The notes: generated from the sequence alone by a model not told the origin. 64,000 nt of DNA from Candidatus Sulfomarinibacter sp. (GCA_041560205.1 JBFFBV010000002.1:22278-86277), one strand, 5' to 3'. Shown: positions 39,334-48,246, numbered from the stretch's first letter. Made by a program: numbers and translations.

Positions 39334-40581
39334 ATGAGCCGAACGATCCTGCTTGCCGACGACAGCCTCACGATTCAAAAGGTCGTAGAGCTCACCTTCG
39401 CCGACACCGACTACGACGTCGTGGCCGTGTCGAGCGGCGACGAGCTTCTCCAAAAGCTCCCGGAGACTCGACCAGAGCTTGTCATCTGCGATGTCATCAT
39501 GCCGGGGCGAGACGGCTACGACGTCTGCCAGGAGATCAAGTCGAGCCCGGACCACCTTCACCTGCCAGTCATTCTCCTGACCGGCACCTTCGAGCCCTTT
39601 GATCGCGATCGAGCGATCGCAGTGGGCTGCTCGGAGATCATCACCAAACCCTTCGAGGCCAAGAAGCTGGTCGACGCGGTCGAGCGGCTGGCCGCCTCCC
39701 CGTCCGGACCTCCGCCACAGGCTGTCGACACCCAGTCGATCGGTCCCGAGGATCTCGCGTCCTCCGCCGCCGACGAGGGGCTGGACGATACCGAGGTCAG
39801 CCAGGAGTTCGGGCCGGGCGCAGCGCTCACCGATGAGGGCTTCGAACTGGAAACCGACGAGGCCCAAATCGATGAGCCGAGCGAAGACCTGCCACCGGTC
39901 GAAGCTCTCCCCGATGAAGCTCAGGAAGAGCTCGAGTTCGGGGTTGTTGAAGGTGCGCTGGAGACGGATTCCGTCGAGCTGCCGGACGTCGAGGCGCCTC
40001 CGGCTGTCGAAGATTTCGCCGACCTCACGCCCGATCCGGCAAAGACCCTAGCCGCCGAGGACTTCCAGGCGATCATGCAGACCGAACAGGCCGACCAGAT
40101 CGGGGAAGTCGAGCATCTCAGCCTCGACGAGGAGCCCGAGCTCACCGAGGATCCGATGATCGAGTCGGAGACCGAGGAAGAGCCGTTCCCGTCCGCCAAC
40201 GAGACTGCTGAGGAGCCGTCACAGGACGCTGTCGAGGTCGACACCTCGTTGACCACGCCGATCGATGTCGATGCGGTGATGGCTGACGACCAACCTGAAA
40301 CGGAGACCGCTATGGACGATCACGTCGACCTGCCGGCCGACGAAGCATCGGACGACGCCGACACTCAGGATTTCGGCGACAAACCACCGGTCGAGGAAGT
40401 GCCGCCTCCCCCCGTCGAGGGCGTTGGCCTCAGCGACGCGGATGTCGACAGGATCGCGCGAAGGCTGCTGGAACTTGCCACCGACCGAATCGAAAACATC
40501 GCGTGGGACGTCATTCCGGACATGGCCGAGGTGGTCGTGCGCGAGCGAATGCGGGAGATCGAGGCCGAAGCCGAACGCTGA
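39334..40581 (+). CDS. RomR-like response regulator (receiver, acidic linker, RomR-C motif)
   Basis: LLADDSLTIQKVVELTF receiver, long D/E/P-rich linker and C-terminal IENIAWDVIPDMAE. Confidence 0.8.
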   Translation: MSRTILLADDSLTIQKVVELTFADTDYDVVAVSSGDELLQKLPETRPELVICDVIMPGRDGYDVCQEIKSSPDHLHLPVILLTGTFEPFDRDRAIAVGCSEIITKPFEAKKLVDAVERLAASPSGPPPQAVDTQSIGPEDLASSAADEGLDDTEVSQEFGPGAALTDEGFELETDEAQIDEPSEDLPPVEALPDEAQEELEFGVVEGALETDSVELPDVEAPPAVEDFADLTPDPAKTLAAEDFQAIMQTEQADQIGEVEHLSLDEEPELTEDPMIESETEEEPFPSANETAEEPSQDAVEVDTSLTTPIDVDAVMADDQPETETAMDDHVDLPADEASDDADTQDFGDKPPVEEVPPPPVEGVGLSDADVDRIARRLLELATDRIENIAWDVIPDMAEVVVRERMREIEAEAER

Positions 40582-40666
40582 ACCGCAGAATCGGTCCCTG
40601 TATATTCAAGAGACACAAGCTGTCGCCACAACCGCTCGTGGGCGGCGGCGTGCGAAAGGTCAGAGC

Positions 40667-41440
40667 GTGAGTGATCGCCTCGAAAGACTGAAGGAACGGC
40701 TCGGCGGGCACGTCGAAAACCTGGTCCTTTTCGATGTTACGGATTCCACTCACGCGTTGGCGCGACGCATCATCGCCGAGATGGACGACGAGAGCCAGAA
40801 GCTCGGAGCGACGCTCATCCTCGCCGACAGCCAGGAACGAGGCGAAGGACGCGGCGGACGGGCGTGGGCGTCGCCGGAGGGCGGTCTGTATGCGAGCTGG
40901 CTGAGGTCGGGCGTCAAGGCCGAGACCATCGCGCAGCTGCCGATGTTGGCCGCGGCAGCCGCTGCCACGGCGATCACCCGGGTCGGTGTTGCCGATCTGC
41001 GCATCAAGTGGCCGAACGACATCCTGGTCAACGGGCGAAAGATCGCCGGGATCCTGGTCTTCGCTCGCCACGGCGGTGTGAGCTGGGTGACGGTTGGGCT
41101 CGGAGTCAACCTCATGCAGGCGCCCGCGCTCGGCGAAGGCGCCCTGCCGTCGACCTCGGTGGCCGAGGTGCTTGGCGATGGCGACATCGAGGTCTGGCGG
41201 CACGAGATCGTCTGCACCTTCATCGACGCGCTCAATCGCCTCATGGAGAACCCTGATTCGGCCCTCGCCGACTGGCGACAGATGCTGCTGCAACAGCCCG
41301 GTGACGCGCTCGACGTGCGCCTCGCCTCTGGAGAGGTGATCTCGGGGACATTGCAGGGTCTCACCGACGAGGGTTTTCTGAAGATCAGTGAAAACGGCAA
41401 GGAACGCGTCGTGACCGGCGGCGACATCATCGAGAGCTAG
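40667..41440 (+). CDS. birA: Biotin-[acetyl-CoA carboxylase] ligase (no N-terminal HTH)
   Basis: DST, Q..GEGRGGRAWASP, IKWPNDILVNGRKIAGIL and GLGVN motifs. Confidence 0.92.
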   Translation: MSDRLERLKERLGGHVENLVLFDVTDSTHALARRIIAEMDDESQKLGATLILADSQERGEGRGGRAWASPEGGLYASWLRSGVKAETIAQLPMLAAAAAATAITRVGVADLRIKWPNDILVNGRKIAGILVFARHGGVSWVTVGLGVNLMQAPALGEGALPSTSVAEVLGDGDIEVWRHEIVCTFIDALNRLMENPDSALADWRQMLLQQPGDALDVRLASGEVISGTLQGLTDEGFLKISENGKERVVTGGDIIES

Positions 41441-41454
41441 CTCCCGCCCACCCG

Positions 41455-41602
41455 GATTCACGTTGCACCCGCCCCACCTCCCGCCGAGCTGCAAAATGCG
41501 GCGCTACCCGCCCTCCCGAGCAATCGAGGCGTTGAGTCCGAGAGGGTGGAATGGCGGCACTGTATCGTGTATCCGGGTGGGCGGGCGGATGGCAGCATCT
41601 TG
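41455..41602. repeat. Palindromic element family B, copy 3 (reverse complement of copy 2)
   Basis: Aligns end to end with the reverse complement of 37704-37855 (e.g. aatcgaggcgttgagtccg, ctgtatcgtgtatc). Confidence 0.85.
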
Positions 41603-41671
41603 CGCCTGGGTGGGCGGCTCGCATGCTCCGATATGATTTTCTAAGCAGTATTTTGCGCTCAGGAGCCTTCA

Positions 41672-42616
41672 TTGCCGAATTCCATCACCCTGCTCTCCCT
41701 CGTCATCGGCAGCTCGCTGGCCTCATCGCTCTTCTTCGTCCTGTCGGCTCGTATCCTGCGTGGGGCAGCTGAAGACAATCCACCTAGCACGCTGGGAGTC
41801 GTCGCCATCACCCATATCGGTGCGGCCCTTTTCCTCGCACCATTCCTGCCGCTCACCGGTGTCAGGTCGATGTCCGACATCAGGTCGATGGCGTCGACCT
41901 CGGTCGTCGTGCTCATCCTCGTGACGGCCGTTCTTCATCTCACGGCGAGGTTTTTTCACTTCAAAGCCCTCAGCCTGATCGATGTCACCCTGGTGAGCCC
42001 CTTCGCGGCGCTCACACCGGTCCTGACCCTTTCCACGGCGTGGGCGATCCTCGGGGAGACCCCGAACGCCCTCGAGCTCGTCGGCATCTTCATCATCGTC
42101 ACGTCGCTGCTCGGTCTGACTGGCGCCACGGACGCGTTCCGGACGCATTTCGCCGCAGGACAACGCACGCGCTCGAAAGCCGCGACCGCCGGCCTCTGGT
42201 TCGCCGTGTTGTCTGCCGTCCCGCCCGCGTTCAAGATCGCGGTCCAGAAGAAGGCGATCCTCCTCTCCAGCCCCTACACCTACGCCCTGATCATGCTACT
42301 CATGACGGGTGCCGGAGCGCTCGCTGTCTGTCTCGTCCGCAACTCGGCCAGCGATCTCCGCGCGCAGTTTCCCCCGCAGAGACTGCGTGCGCTCTTGCTC
42401 ATCTCCGGTCTGCTGGGTCTGAACACACTGCTGTTCTGCGCAGCTCTCACCCTGGGCCTGGCCGCCGGAGTCAGCGCGATGGCCCGCATCAGCATCATCT
42501 TCCAAGGGGTCATGGCGTACTGGATCGCCGGTCAGAAGACCGATTTCCGAAGGAGGATCCTGTGGGCGGTCGCCATCTTCGTGGGGACCCTGATCATCGG
42601 CACGTCCACCTCGTGA
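41672..42616 (+). CDS. DMT superfamily / EamA-like transporter
   Basis: About 10 hydrophobic segments in two repeats; KAL..IDVTLVSP...LTPV...AILGE motif. Confidence 0.82.
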   Translation: MPNSITLLSLVIGSSLASSLFFVLSARILRGAAEDNPPSTLGVVAITHIGAALFLAPFLPLTGVRSMSDIRSMASTSVVVLILVTAVLHLTARFFHFKALSLIDVTLVSPFAALTPVLTLSTAWAILGETPNALELVGIFIIVTSLLGLTGATDAFRTHFAAGQRTRSKAATAGLWFAVLSAVPPAFKIAVQKKAILLSSPYTYALIMLLMTGAGALAVCLVRNSASDLRAQFPPQRLRALLLISGLLGLNTLLFCAALTLGLAAGVSAMARISIIFQGVMAYWIAGQKTDFRRRILWAVAIFVGTLIIGTSTS

Positions 42617-42689
42617 TTGACATTCGGGACGGAAAGACTGAACGGCGGAGCAGCGGGAGGGTGCACAGAGACTTCATGAGAGGAGGGGA

Positions 42690-43616
42690 TCAGGGGCGGC
42701 TCCCTCGATAGACCTTCAGAAGCCCCTTCCTCTCCATTTCGTCGCGAAGTTGGCCGTCGAAGTCGGTCGAGTGGAAGCCGTCCGCATCGACTGATTCGTC
42801 CTCGTAATACCGGTCCCAACGACCCTTGGCGTCGGCACCGAAACCGAAGACGGCGACCTCGTCGCAGACATGGAGGGCGACCATCAACGCGATGAAGCCG
42901 GTCGAGGGTTACTGGCCTCGGCCCCCGGTCCAGTCTTCGCGGAGGTACTTGACGAACTCCGGATGGAGGAGCCGGACGCTGTCGGAAACCCAACCGAAAC
43001 CGCCCACGAGCGTCTCGATGCGGTCGAACACGTCGCTCACGTTCGACACAACCGGGTTCATCAGGAGAACTGCTCCGAGGTCGTACTGCGTTTCCTCGAG
43101 CTCACGCGGCCACATGACGTGGTGGGTTGTTCTTTCCCCGACATCGTCCTCGAATCCACCCGTTCGTGCACGATTCACCCGGAAAACGAGATCATGAGCA
43201 TCGATGAGGTCGCCGTATGGTGACTCGAGCAGGTTGCGGGAGGCGCCGACAACCGCGCAGAGCCGCTTCTCATCGTCATCCGGAAGGACTGGCGCCTCAC
43301 TCGTGAAGCGTTCGAAAGCCTTGGCGGCTGCCTGCGGCGTCAAATCGGCGCGATCGTCGGGTGCGACGAGGAGCTTCCACCACTCGAGCACCTCCTGCGA
43401 AACCCAGCCGTCGCTCGATTCCCAGAACAGGTCGACGCCGATTCTGAACGAGTCGGGGCAGGCCGACGCGAGCCGGCGCTGAAGGTGACCCCGGATCGAG
43501 GTCTTGAAATTTTGATCGTGAAACGGGGCCGCTGCGATGCCGACCTAGGCGACGACCCACGACGGCACGAGGAGGAACTGCAATAGGAAGACACGCCCAA
43601 TCGACGCTCTCAACAC
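42690..43616 (-). pseudogene. GT29 (eukaryote-type, ST3Gal-like) sialyltransferase with two in-frame stop codons
   Basis: One frame from GTG 43616 carries a hydrophobic N-terminus, sialylmotif L (CAVVGASRNL...IDAHDLVFRVN...DVGERTT), S (PSTG...HVCDEVAVFGF), III-like (RYYE) and VS-like (HSTDFD). Stops are TAG 43545-43547 and TAA 42909-42911. Confidence 0.85.
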
Positions 43617-43675
43617 GAATCTCCCGACCTCGGACCATGACAGATCCCGCGCGTCATCCGGTGCAGACAGCCCCG

Positions 43676-44674
43676 TCAACGAGCGTGCGAACGCGATTCC
43701 GCGAGCCCTTCGACCTCGAAGGAGACACACTGTGCGCACACCGTCTTTGCCACCTCGCGGCGGAGATGTGCGGCTCGCAGCGAGCGAAACCCGGGCGAAT
43801 GCCAGGCGTCCATGAACCGAGAATGTTTGAGATCTCCCATGTCGAATCGTCCGTCGTGGTCGAAGCAGCAGGCGCTGAGCCTCCCGTCCCATGTCACGTG
43901 GCCTTCGGTGAAGAGCGCCCAGCACGGGATCGGTGCCCGCATCATGTCGTACCTGCCGGGGTTGCCCCCGGTGAAGACCCAGCGCGTGCCGTCGTCCTGC
44001 TCGATGAGGGCGGCCTGTGAGTAAAGCGGCAGGGCGTAGACCTCGTCGGTGAAATCCTCGATCTCCTCGATGATTCGCGCCATCTTCTCGTGCTGGCGCT
44101 CGCCTTCGAACATGATGTAGGAGGCGTACAGACCGCAGGAGTAGCCGCCCTCCTCGCGAATCTGCCAGGCCCTCTTGAGGTTTTCGATGACCTCCCCGTA
44201 CACCGATTCGGGCCTGTTGGTGACTGATACGAAGTGCTCTGGATCGGAGTAGTTCAGGGAGAACTTCAGGCTGTCGAGACCGGCCTCCATGCAGGCCTCG
44301 ACCTTTTCGGGCGTGCAGAGCGAGCCGTTGGTCGTCAGGAAGACATAGGGGAAGCCGGTGTCCTTGGCAAACTTGACGGCGTCCGCGAGCCACGGAACGA
44401 GGAAGCTCTCACCCAGGTAGAAGAGCCCGAGCTCCTCGACCCCTTCGGCCAGCAGGTCGGTCACCAGCTCTTCAAAAAAACCGCGGTCCATCTGCCCCAC
44501 CAGACGCAGGCGCTTGGACCTCGCGCAGTATCTGCACGAGAAATTGCAGTGGCCGGTGAGCTCGATCTTGACGGACTTCGGGCACGGGGGCGCGTCAGAA
44601 ACATAGTCCCCGCGGATCTCGGTGATGTTGTCGATCCGTCTGGTGATGGACTCGCGCTGAATCTCCGAACCCAA
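43676..44674 (-). CDS. Radical SAM protein with SPASM/Twitch domain
   Basis: ELTGHCNFSCRYC (CxxxCxxC), GES and TTNG motifs; C-terminal C...DG...CCFD...C..C. Confidence 0.92.
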   Translation of the reverse strand: MGSEIQRESITRRIDNITEIRGDYVSDAPPCPKSVKIELTGHCNFSCRYCARSKRLRLVGQMDRGFFEELVTDLLAEGVEELGLFYLGESFLVPWLADAVKFAKDTGFPYVFLTTNGSLCTPEKVEACMEAGLDSLKFSLNYSDPEHFVSVTNRPESVYGEVIENLKRAWQIREEGGYSCGLYASYIMFEGERQHEKMARIIEEIEDFTDEVYALPLYSQAALIEQDDGTRWVFTGGNPGRYDMMRAPIPCWALFTEGHVTWDGRLSACCFDHDGRFDMGDLKHSRFMDAWHSPGFRSLRAAHLRREVAKTVCAQCVSFEVEGLAESRSHAR

Positions 44675-44785
44675 TCCGGTGCACCACCTTTCAACTCATA
44701 TTCTATCCCTGACGGGGTCTCCGCCCATAACGAAGCCGTTGAATCTACATAGCTTTGACAAATCGCCCACCCACCCACACACCCA

Positions 44786-44906
44786 GATACACGATGCAGG
44801 ATGCACGTCCCACCCTTCCCCACATCGCTGGCAAGGTCGATCCGGCAGGGCGGGCGGCCTTGGATCGTGCATCCGGGCGGATGCGAGGGCGGATGCATCC
44901 TGTATC
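44786..44906. repeat. Palindromic element family B, copy 4
   Basis: GATACACGATGCAGGATGCAC...GGCCTTGGATCGTGCATCCGGGCGG...GGATGCATCCTGTATC; same orientation as copy 2. Confidence 0.8.
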
Positions 44907-44941
44907 CAACAGGGCGTCCACCGACGGAGCCGGACGACCGG

Positions 44942-46738
44942 CTAGGGGACGGCCTGCAAACGCTCGAGGAACTTCGCGGGAGGCTCGAAGCCGGTGATGC
45001 GGAAGGCCTCTTCACCACCCGAGAAGACGATGACCGTCGGAACGCCTCTCACCTCGTACTCGGTGGCCAGGGCTTGATTCTCCTCGCTGCTTCGCGTCAG
45101 ATCGATCTTGAAACGCGAGTAGCCCTCGAGCACGGAACGCACCGCTGGGGCCGGAAAGGTCTTCTTGTCGAGCTCCCGGCAGGGCGCACACCAATCGGCG
45201 TAGAAATCGAGGATGACGGCCCCACCGGCCGAGATCGCACGCTCCACCCGTGACGCCTCGTACCGCTCCCACTGCAGGTGCGTGGCCACCTCGCCAACTT
45301 CGGCGGTACCGACCCGAACCGCCGGCGCCATGACGACCCCAGTGACGAGCGTCGCGGCGGCCAGCACCCGCATCACCCGATCGATGGTTGGCTGCTCGTG
45401 ACCGGTGCGATCGATCACCAGCAGGTAGAGCGCGCCAAAAACGAGAACCGCCGACATCAGCCAGCGGCCCGAATCCCCCGGCATGAGCGGCGCCGCGAAA
45501 TAGGCGGCCATGGCGATCAGGATCACGCCAAAGACCCGCCGCACGCCCACCATCCACATTCCGGAGGTGGGGAGCTTGTTGACCGCGCCGGTAAAGGTGC
45601 CGAGGATCAGGTAGGGCAGACCCAGCCCGAGAGCGAGCGTGAAGAACAGGAGGAATCCGAGGAGCGGGTCGCCGCGCTGCCCGACGTAGGTCAGGAGTCC
45701 GACCACGAAGGGACCGATGCACGGCGCCGCAACGAAACCCATGACCAGGCCCATGATGAGGGCGCCAAACACCCCGGTCCGTCCGCCGGAGGCACGTTGC
45801 GCCCAGCCCGGCACCCGCAGCTCCCACAGCCCGAACATCGATGTCGCGAGCGACAGCAGAACGACCACGATCACGCCGATTACCCATGGGTTCTGCAACG
45901 CGCTTCCGAAGATCGCACCGCTCAAGGCGGCGAGAACACCGAGCACCGAGTACGTCAACGCAATGCCGAAGACGTAGGCGAGCGCGAGCGGAAAGGCGCT
46001 GCCCTCACGATCTTTGGTCTGCTGCGTGAAGAAGCCCACCGTGATCGGTATGAGGGGAAAGACACATGGCGTGAGGTTGAGGGCGAGCCCGGCCAGGAAC
46101 ACACCGATCAGGAGCAGCGGAAACGACTTCGAACCGAAGTCTGCAGAACCCGAATCACCGGAACTGGATGCGCCGGCCATGATTTCCCTGAAAAGCGCCT
46201 GGTTCACGGCGTCAGAAGGGCTCCCTGGAGAAGCGACGGTGACGTCGACGCCGGTACGCACCTCTTCGGGCGGGAGACATTGGGTGTTGTTGCAGGCCTG
46301 GGCGGTGACCACGACCCGAAGGCGATGGTCACCGCCCGCCGAGTCCGGAACGACGAGCCCCGCCAGAATGACGGCCTCACCCTCCCACACCTCGATCGGG
46401 GTGTCGGCGAAGTCGAAGTCGAGGGCTTCCCCGTCGGGGAAGCTGACCACCGGCACGGGCCACCCCTCGGGCAGACGGAACTCGACAGTCGTCGGCAGCG
46501 AGAATTCGTCGCCCGGATCGTCGGAGTTGATGTGCCAACCCCGGTTGATCGCGATGCTGATCGCCAGATGAAGCTCCTCTCCTGCGACCAGCGGGTCACG
46601 GTCGGGCAGCAGCCGCACCTTGAAGACCGGCTCGGAGTCGAAGCCCTGCGCGAAGGCGTGGCCGGCCATGCCGAGCACCATCGCCGACACCAGAGTCAGG
46701 GTCGTGATCATTTGCTTGTTCAAGCTCGAGGCCGCCAT
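44942..46738 (-). CDS. dsbD: DsbD-like thiol:disulfide interchange protein (Ig-like domain, CcdA TM domain, thioredoxin)
   Basis: GWHIN, QACNNTQCLPP, LTPCVFPLIP, APCIGP and DFYADWCAPC motifs. Confidence 0.88.
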   Translation of the reverse strand: MAASSLNKQMITTLTLVSAMVLGMAGHAFAQGFDSEPVFKVRLLPDRDPLVAGEELHLAISIAINRGWHINSDDPGDEFSLPTTVEFRLPEGWPVPVVSFPDGEALDFDFADTPIEVWEGEAVILAGLVVPDSAGGDHRLRVVVTAQACNNTQCLPPEEVRTGVDVTVASPGSPSDAVNQALFREIMAGASSSGDSGSADFGSKSFPLLLIGVFLAGLALNLTPCVFPLIPITVGFFTQQTKDREGSAFPLALAYVFGIALTYSVLGVLAALSGAIFGSALQNPWVIGVIVVVLLSLATSMFGLWELRVPGWAQRASGGRTGVFGALIMGLVMGFVAAPCIGPFVVGLLTYVGQRGDPLLGFLLFFTLALGLGLPYLILGTFTGAVNKLPTSGMWMVGVRRVFGVILIAMAAYFAAPLMPGDSGRWLMSAVLVFGALYLLVIDRTGHEQPTIDRVMRVLAAATLVTGVVMAPAVRVGTAEVGEVATHLQWERYEASRVERAISAGGAVILDFYADWCAPCRELDKKTFPAPAVRSVLEGYSRFKIDLTRSSEENQALATEYEVRGVPTVIVFSGGEEAFRITGFEPPAKFLERLQAVP

Positions 46739-47496
46739 CAATCGCCCCCCCTCTTCGGAGCCAGCTCCGGGCTGAATCGATGCACGAGCTCCCGGATCTC
46801 CTCTGAAAAGTACTCCCAGTACCTCTTTACGAGGTCCGGGCGCCTGGTTACCGTGCACTCGACGGACCGTTCCAGTCGCCACCGCCGGATCGCCTCGTGG
46901 TTGCCAGAGGTCAAGACCTCGGGCACGGAGACCCCTTCCACCTCCGGCGGGCGCGTGTAGCAGGGGTGGTCGAGGAGCCCGCGCTCGAAGCTGTCCGAGC
47001 TCACCGATTCAGGATCACCGACCACGCCGGGCACCAGACGCGACACGGCCTCGATGAGCGCCATTGCCGCGACCTCGCCCCCTCCCAGGATGTAATCGCC
47101 GATGGACACCTCCTCGGCCCCGCTGGCCTCGAAGATGCGCTCGTCGAAACCCTCGTAGCGGCCGCACACCAACACGACGCGCTTTTCGCGGGCCAGCTCC
47201 CCGGCGAGCTCCTGGTCCAAAAGCCGACCCCTCGGGCCGAGGATGATGCTTCGCACCTCGTCTGATTCGCCGCCCAAATCGCGAATCGCAGCCAGCACCG
47301 GAGGTGCCTGCAGCACCATCCCGGCACCGCCGCCGTAGGGTTCGTCATCGACCTGTCGCCACTTGTTGTCGGCCCAATCGCGAAGATCGTGGGCCTCGAG
47401 TTCGATCACGCCACGCTCGACCGCCTTGCCGAGCACCCCGGCGGTACGGAACGGCTCGAAAAGCTGCGGAAATATCGTCAGTATGTCGAAATGCAT
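46738..47496 (-). CDS. trmD: tRNA (guanine37-N1)-methyltransferase
   Basis: VDDEPYGGGAGM, CGRYEGFDER, SIGDYILGGGE and YTRP motifs. Confidence 0.97.
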   Translation of the reverse strand: MHFDILTIFPQLFEPFRTAGVLGKAVERGVIELEAHDLRDWADNKWRQVDDEPYGGGAGMVLQAPPVLAAIRDLGGESDEVRSIILGPRGRLLDQELAGELAREKRVVLVCGRYEGFDERIFEASGAEEVSIGDYILGGGEVAAMALIEAVSRLVPGVVGDPESVSSDSFERGLLDHPCYTRPPEVEGVSVPEVLTSGNHEAIRRWRLERSVECTVTRRPDLVKRYWEYFSEEIRELVHRFSPELAPKRGGD

Positions 47497-47551
47497 GAGA
47501 TCGTCATCCAGGGGGGAATGGTAACCCGGCCATCGCGTCTCGCTTCCACCC

Positions 47552-47690
47552 GAGGAGCGCTTCCCGCTTCGTCGTGCCAGGTGCCACCCTTCACATTGTT
47601 TGAATTCGTGACCTCCCAATCGAGCCACGCCATCAGGGCAAACAATGTGAAGAGTGGCACCGGTGTCGCTGAGTCCCCAACGCGCTTCTC
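47552..47690. repeat. Palindromic element family A, copy 3 (between rimM and trmD)
   Basis: Arms GGTGCCACCCTTCACATTGTTTG (47580-47602) / CAAACAATGTGAAGAGTGGCACC (47639-47661); outer ends GAGGAGCGC / GCGCTTCTC. Confidence 0.9.
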
Positions 47691-47700
47691 ACCTTGCTTC

Positions 47701-48246
47701 CTACCGCGCCTCGATCGCGCCGTCGTCGAGGAGACCCGGCGGCGCATCGATGACCACGAAGCCACCTTCCAGATCGACCTCGAGGACGATGTCCGGTACG
47801 TAGGGCACGAGGGATTCACGATCGCCCGAACGAACGACGAGTCGCGATTGGCCCTCGCCCGGGTCGAGGCCGGTCACCCGGCCCAAGACCTCACCCTCGG
47901 GTGAGCGACACTCGAGGCCCTGCAAGTGGTGCTCGTAGTAGTAACCGTCCGGAAGATCATCGAGCGCCTGTTCGGGGAGAAACAGGTTGCTCCCGCGCCA
48001 CCGTGCGACGACTTCTCGCTCGCGAATCCCACGAATCGAGAGCAGCCACCTGCCCTTGTGGTACCGCACGCGGTGGACCTCGAAGAAATCCTCAGGCCGC
48101 TCGTCGCTTCCGAGACCGAAGCGGACCCCATCCGCCAGCCGCTCCGGAAAGTCGGTAATGATGTCCACCAAGATGTCGCCGTGAACGCCGTGCGCTTTGC
48201 CCGCACGACCCACGATCAACCAGTCGCGACCTTCGTCGCCCGACAC
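47701..48246 (-). CDS. rimM: 16S rRNA processing protein RimM
   Basis: VGRAGKAHGVHG, YYEHHL.G and LVPYV...V motifs; conserved operon position. Confidence 0.92.
   Translation of the reverse strand: MSGDEGRDWLIVGRAGKAHGVHGDILVDIITDFPERLADGVRFGLGSDERPEDFFEVHRVRYHKGRWLLSIRGIREREVVARWRGSNLFLPEQALDDLPDGYYYEHHLQGLECRSPEGEVLGRVTGLDPGEGQSRLVVRSGDRESLVPYVPDIVLEVDLEGGFVVIDAPPGLLDDGAIEAR

Noticed and set aside
42909-43547. Stop-codon reassignment or programmed readthrough in the GT29 gene
   Set aside because: Two different stops are involved, and TAA and TAG end other conserved genes in this window normally (trxA with TAA, proS with TAG).
44678-44692. GGTGCACCACCTTTC as an eighth family A half-copy
   Set aside because: It is only a partial match with no partner arm, and is better explained as the SD (AAAGGTGG) of the radical SAM gene on the minus strand.
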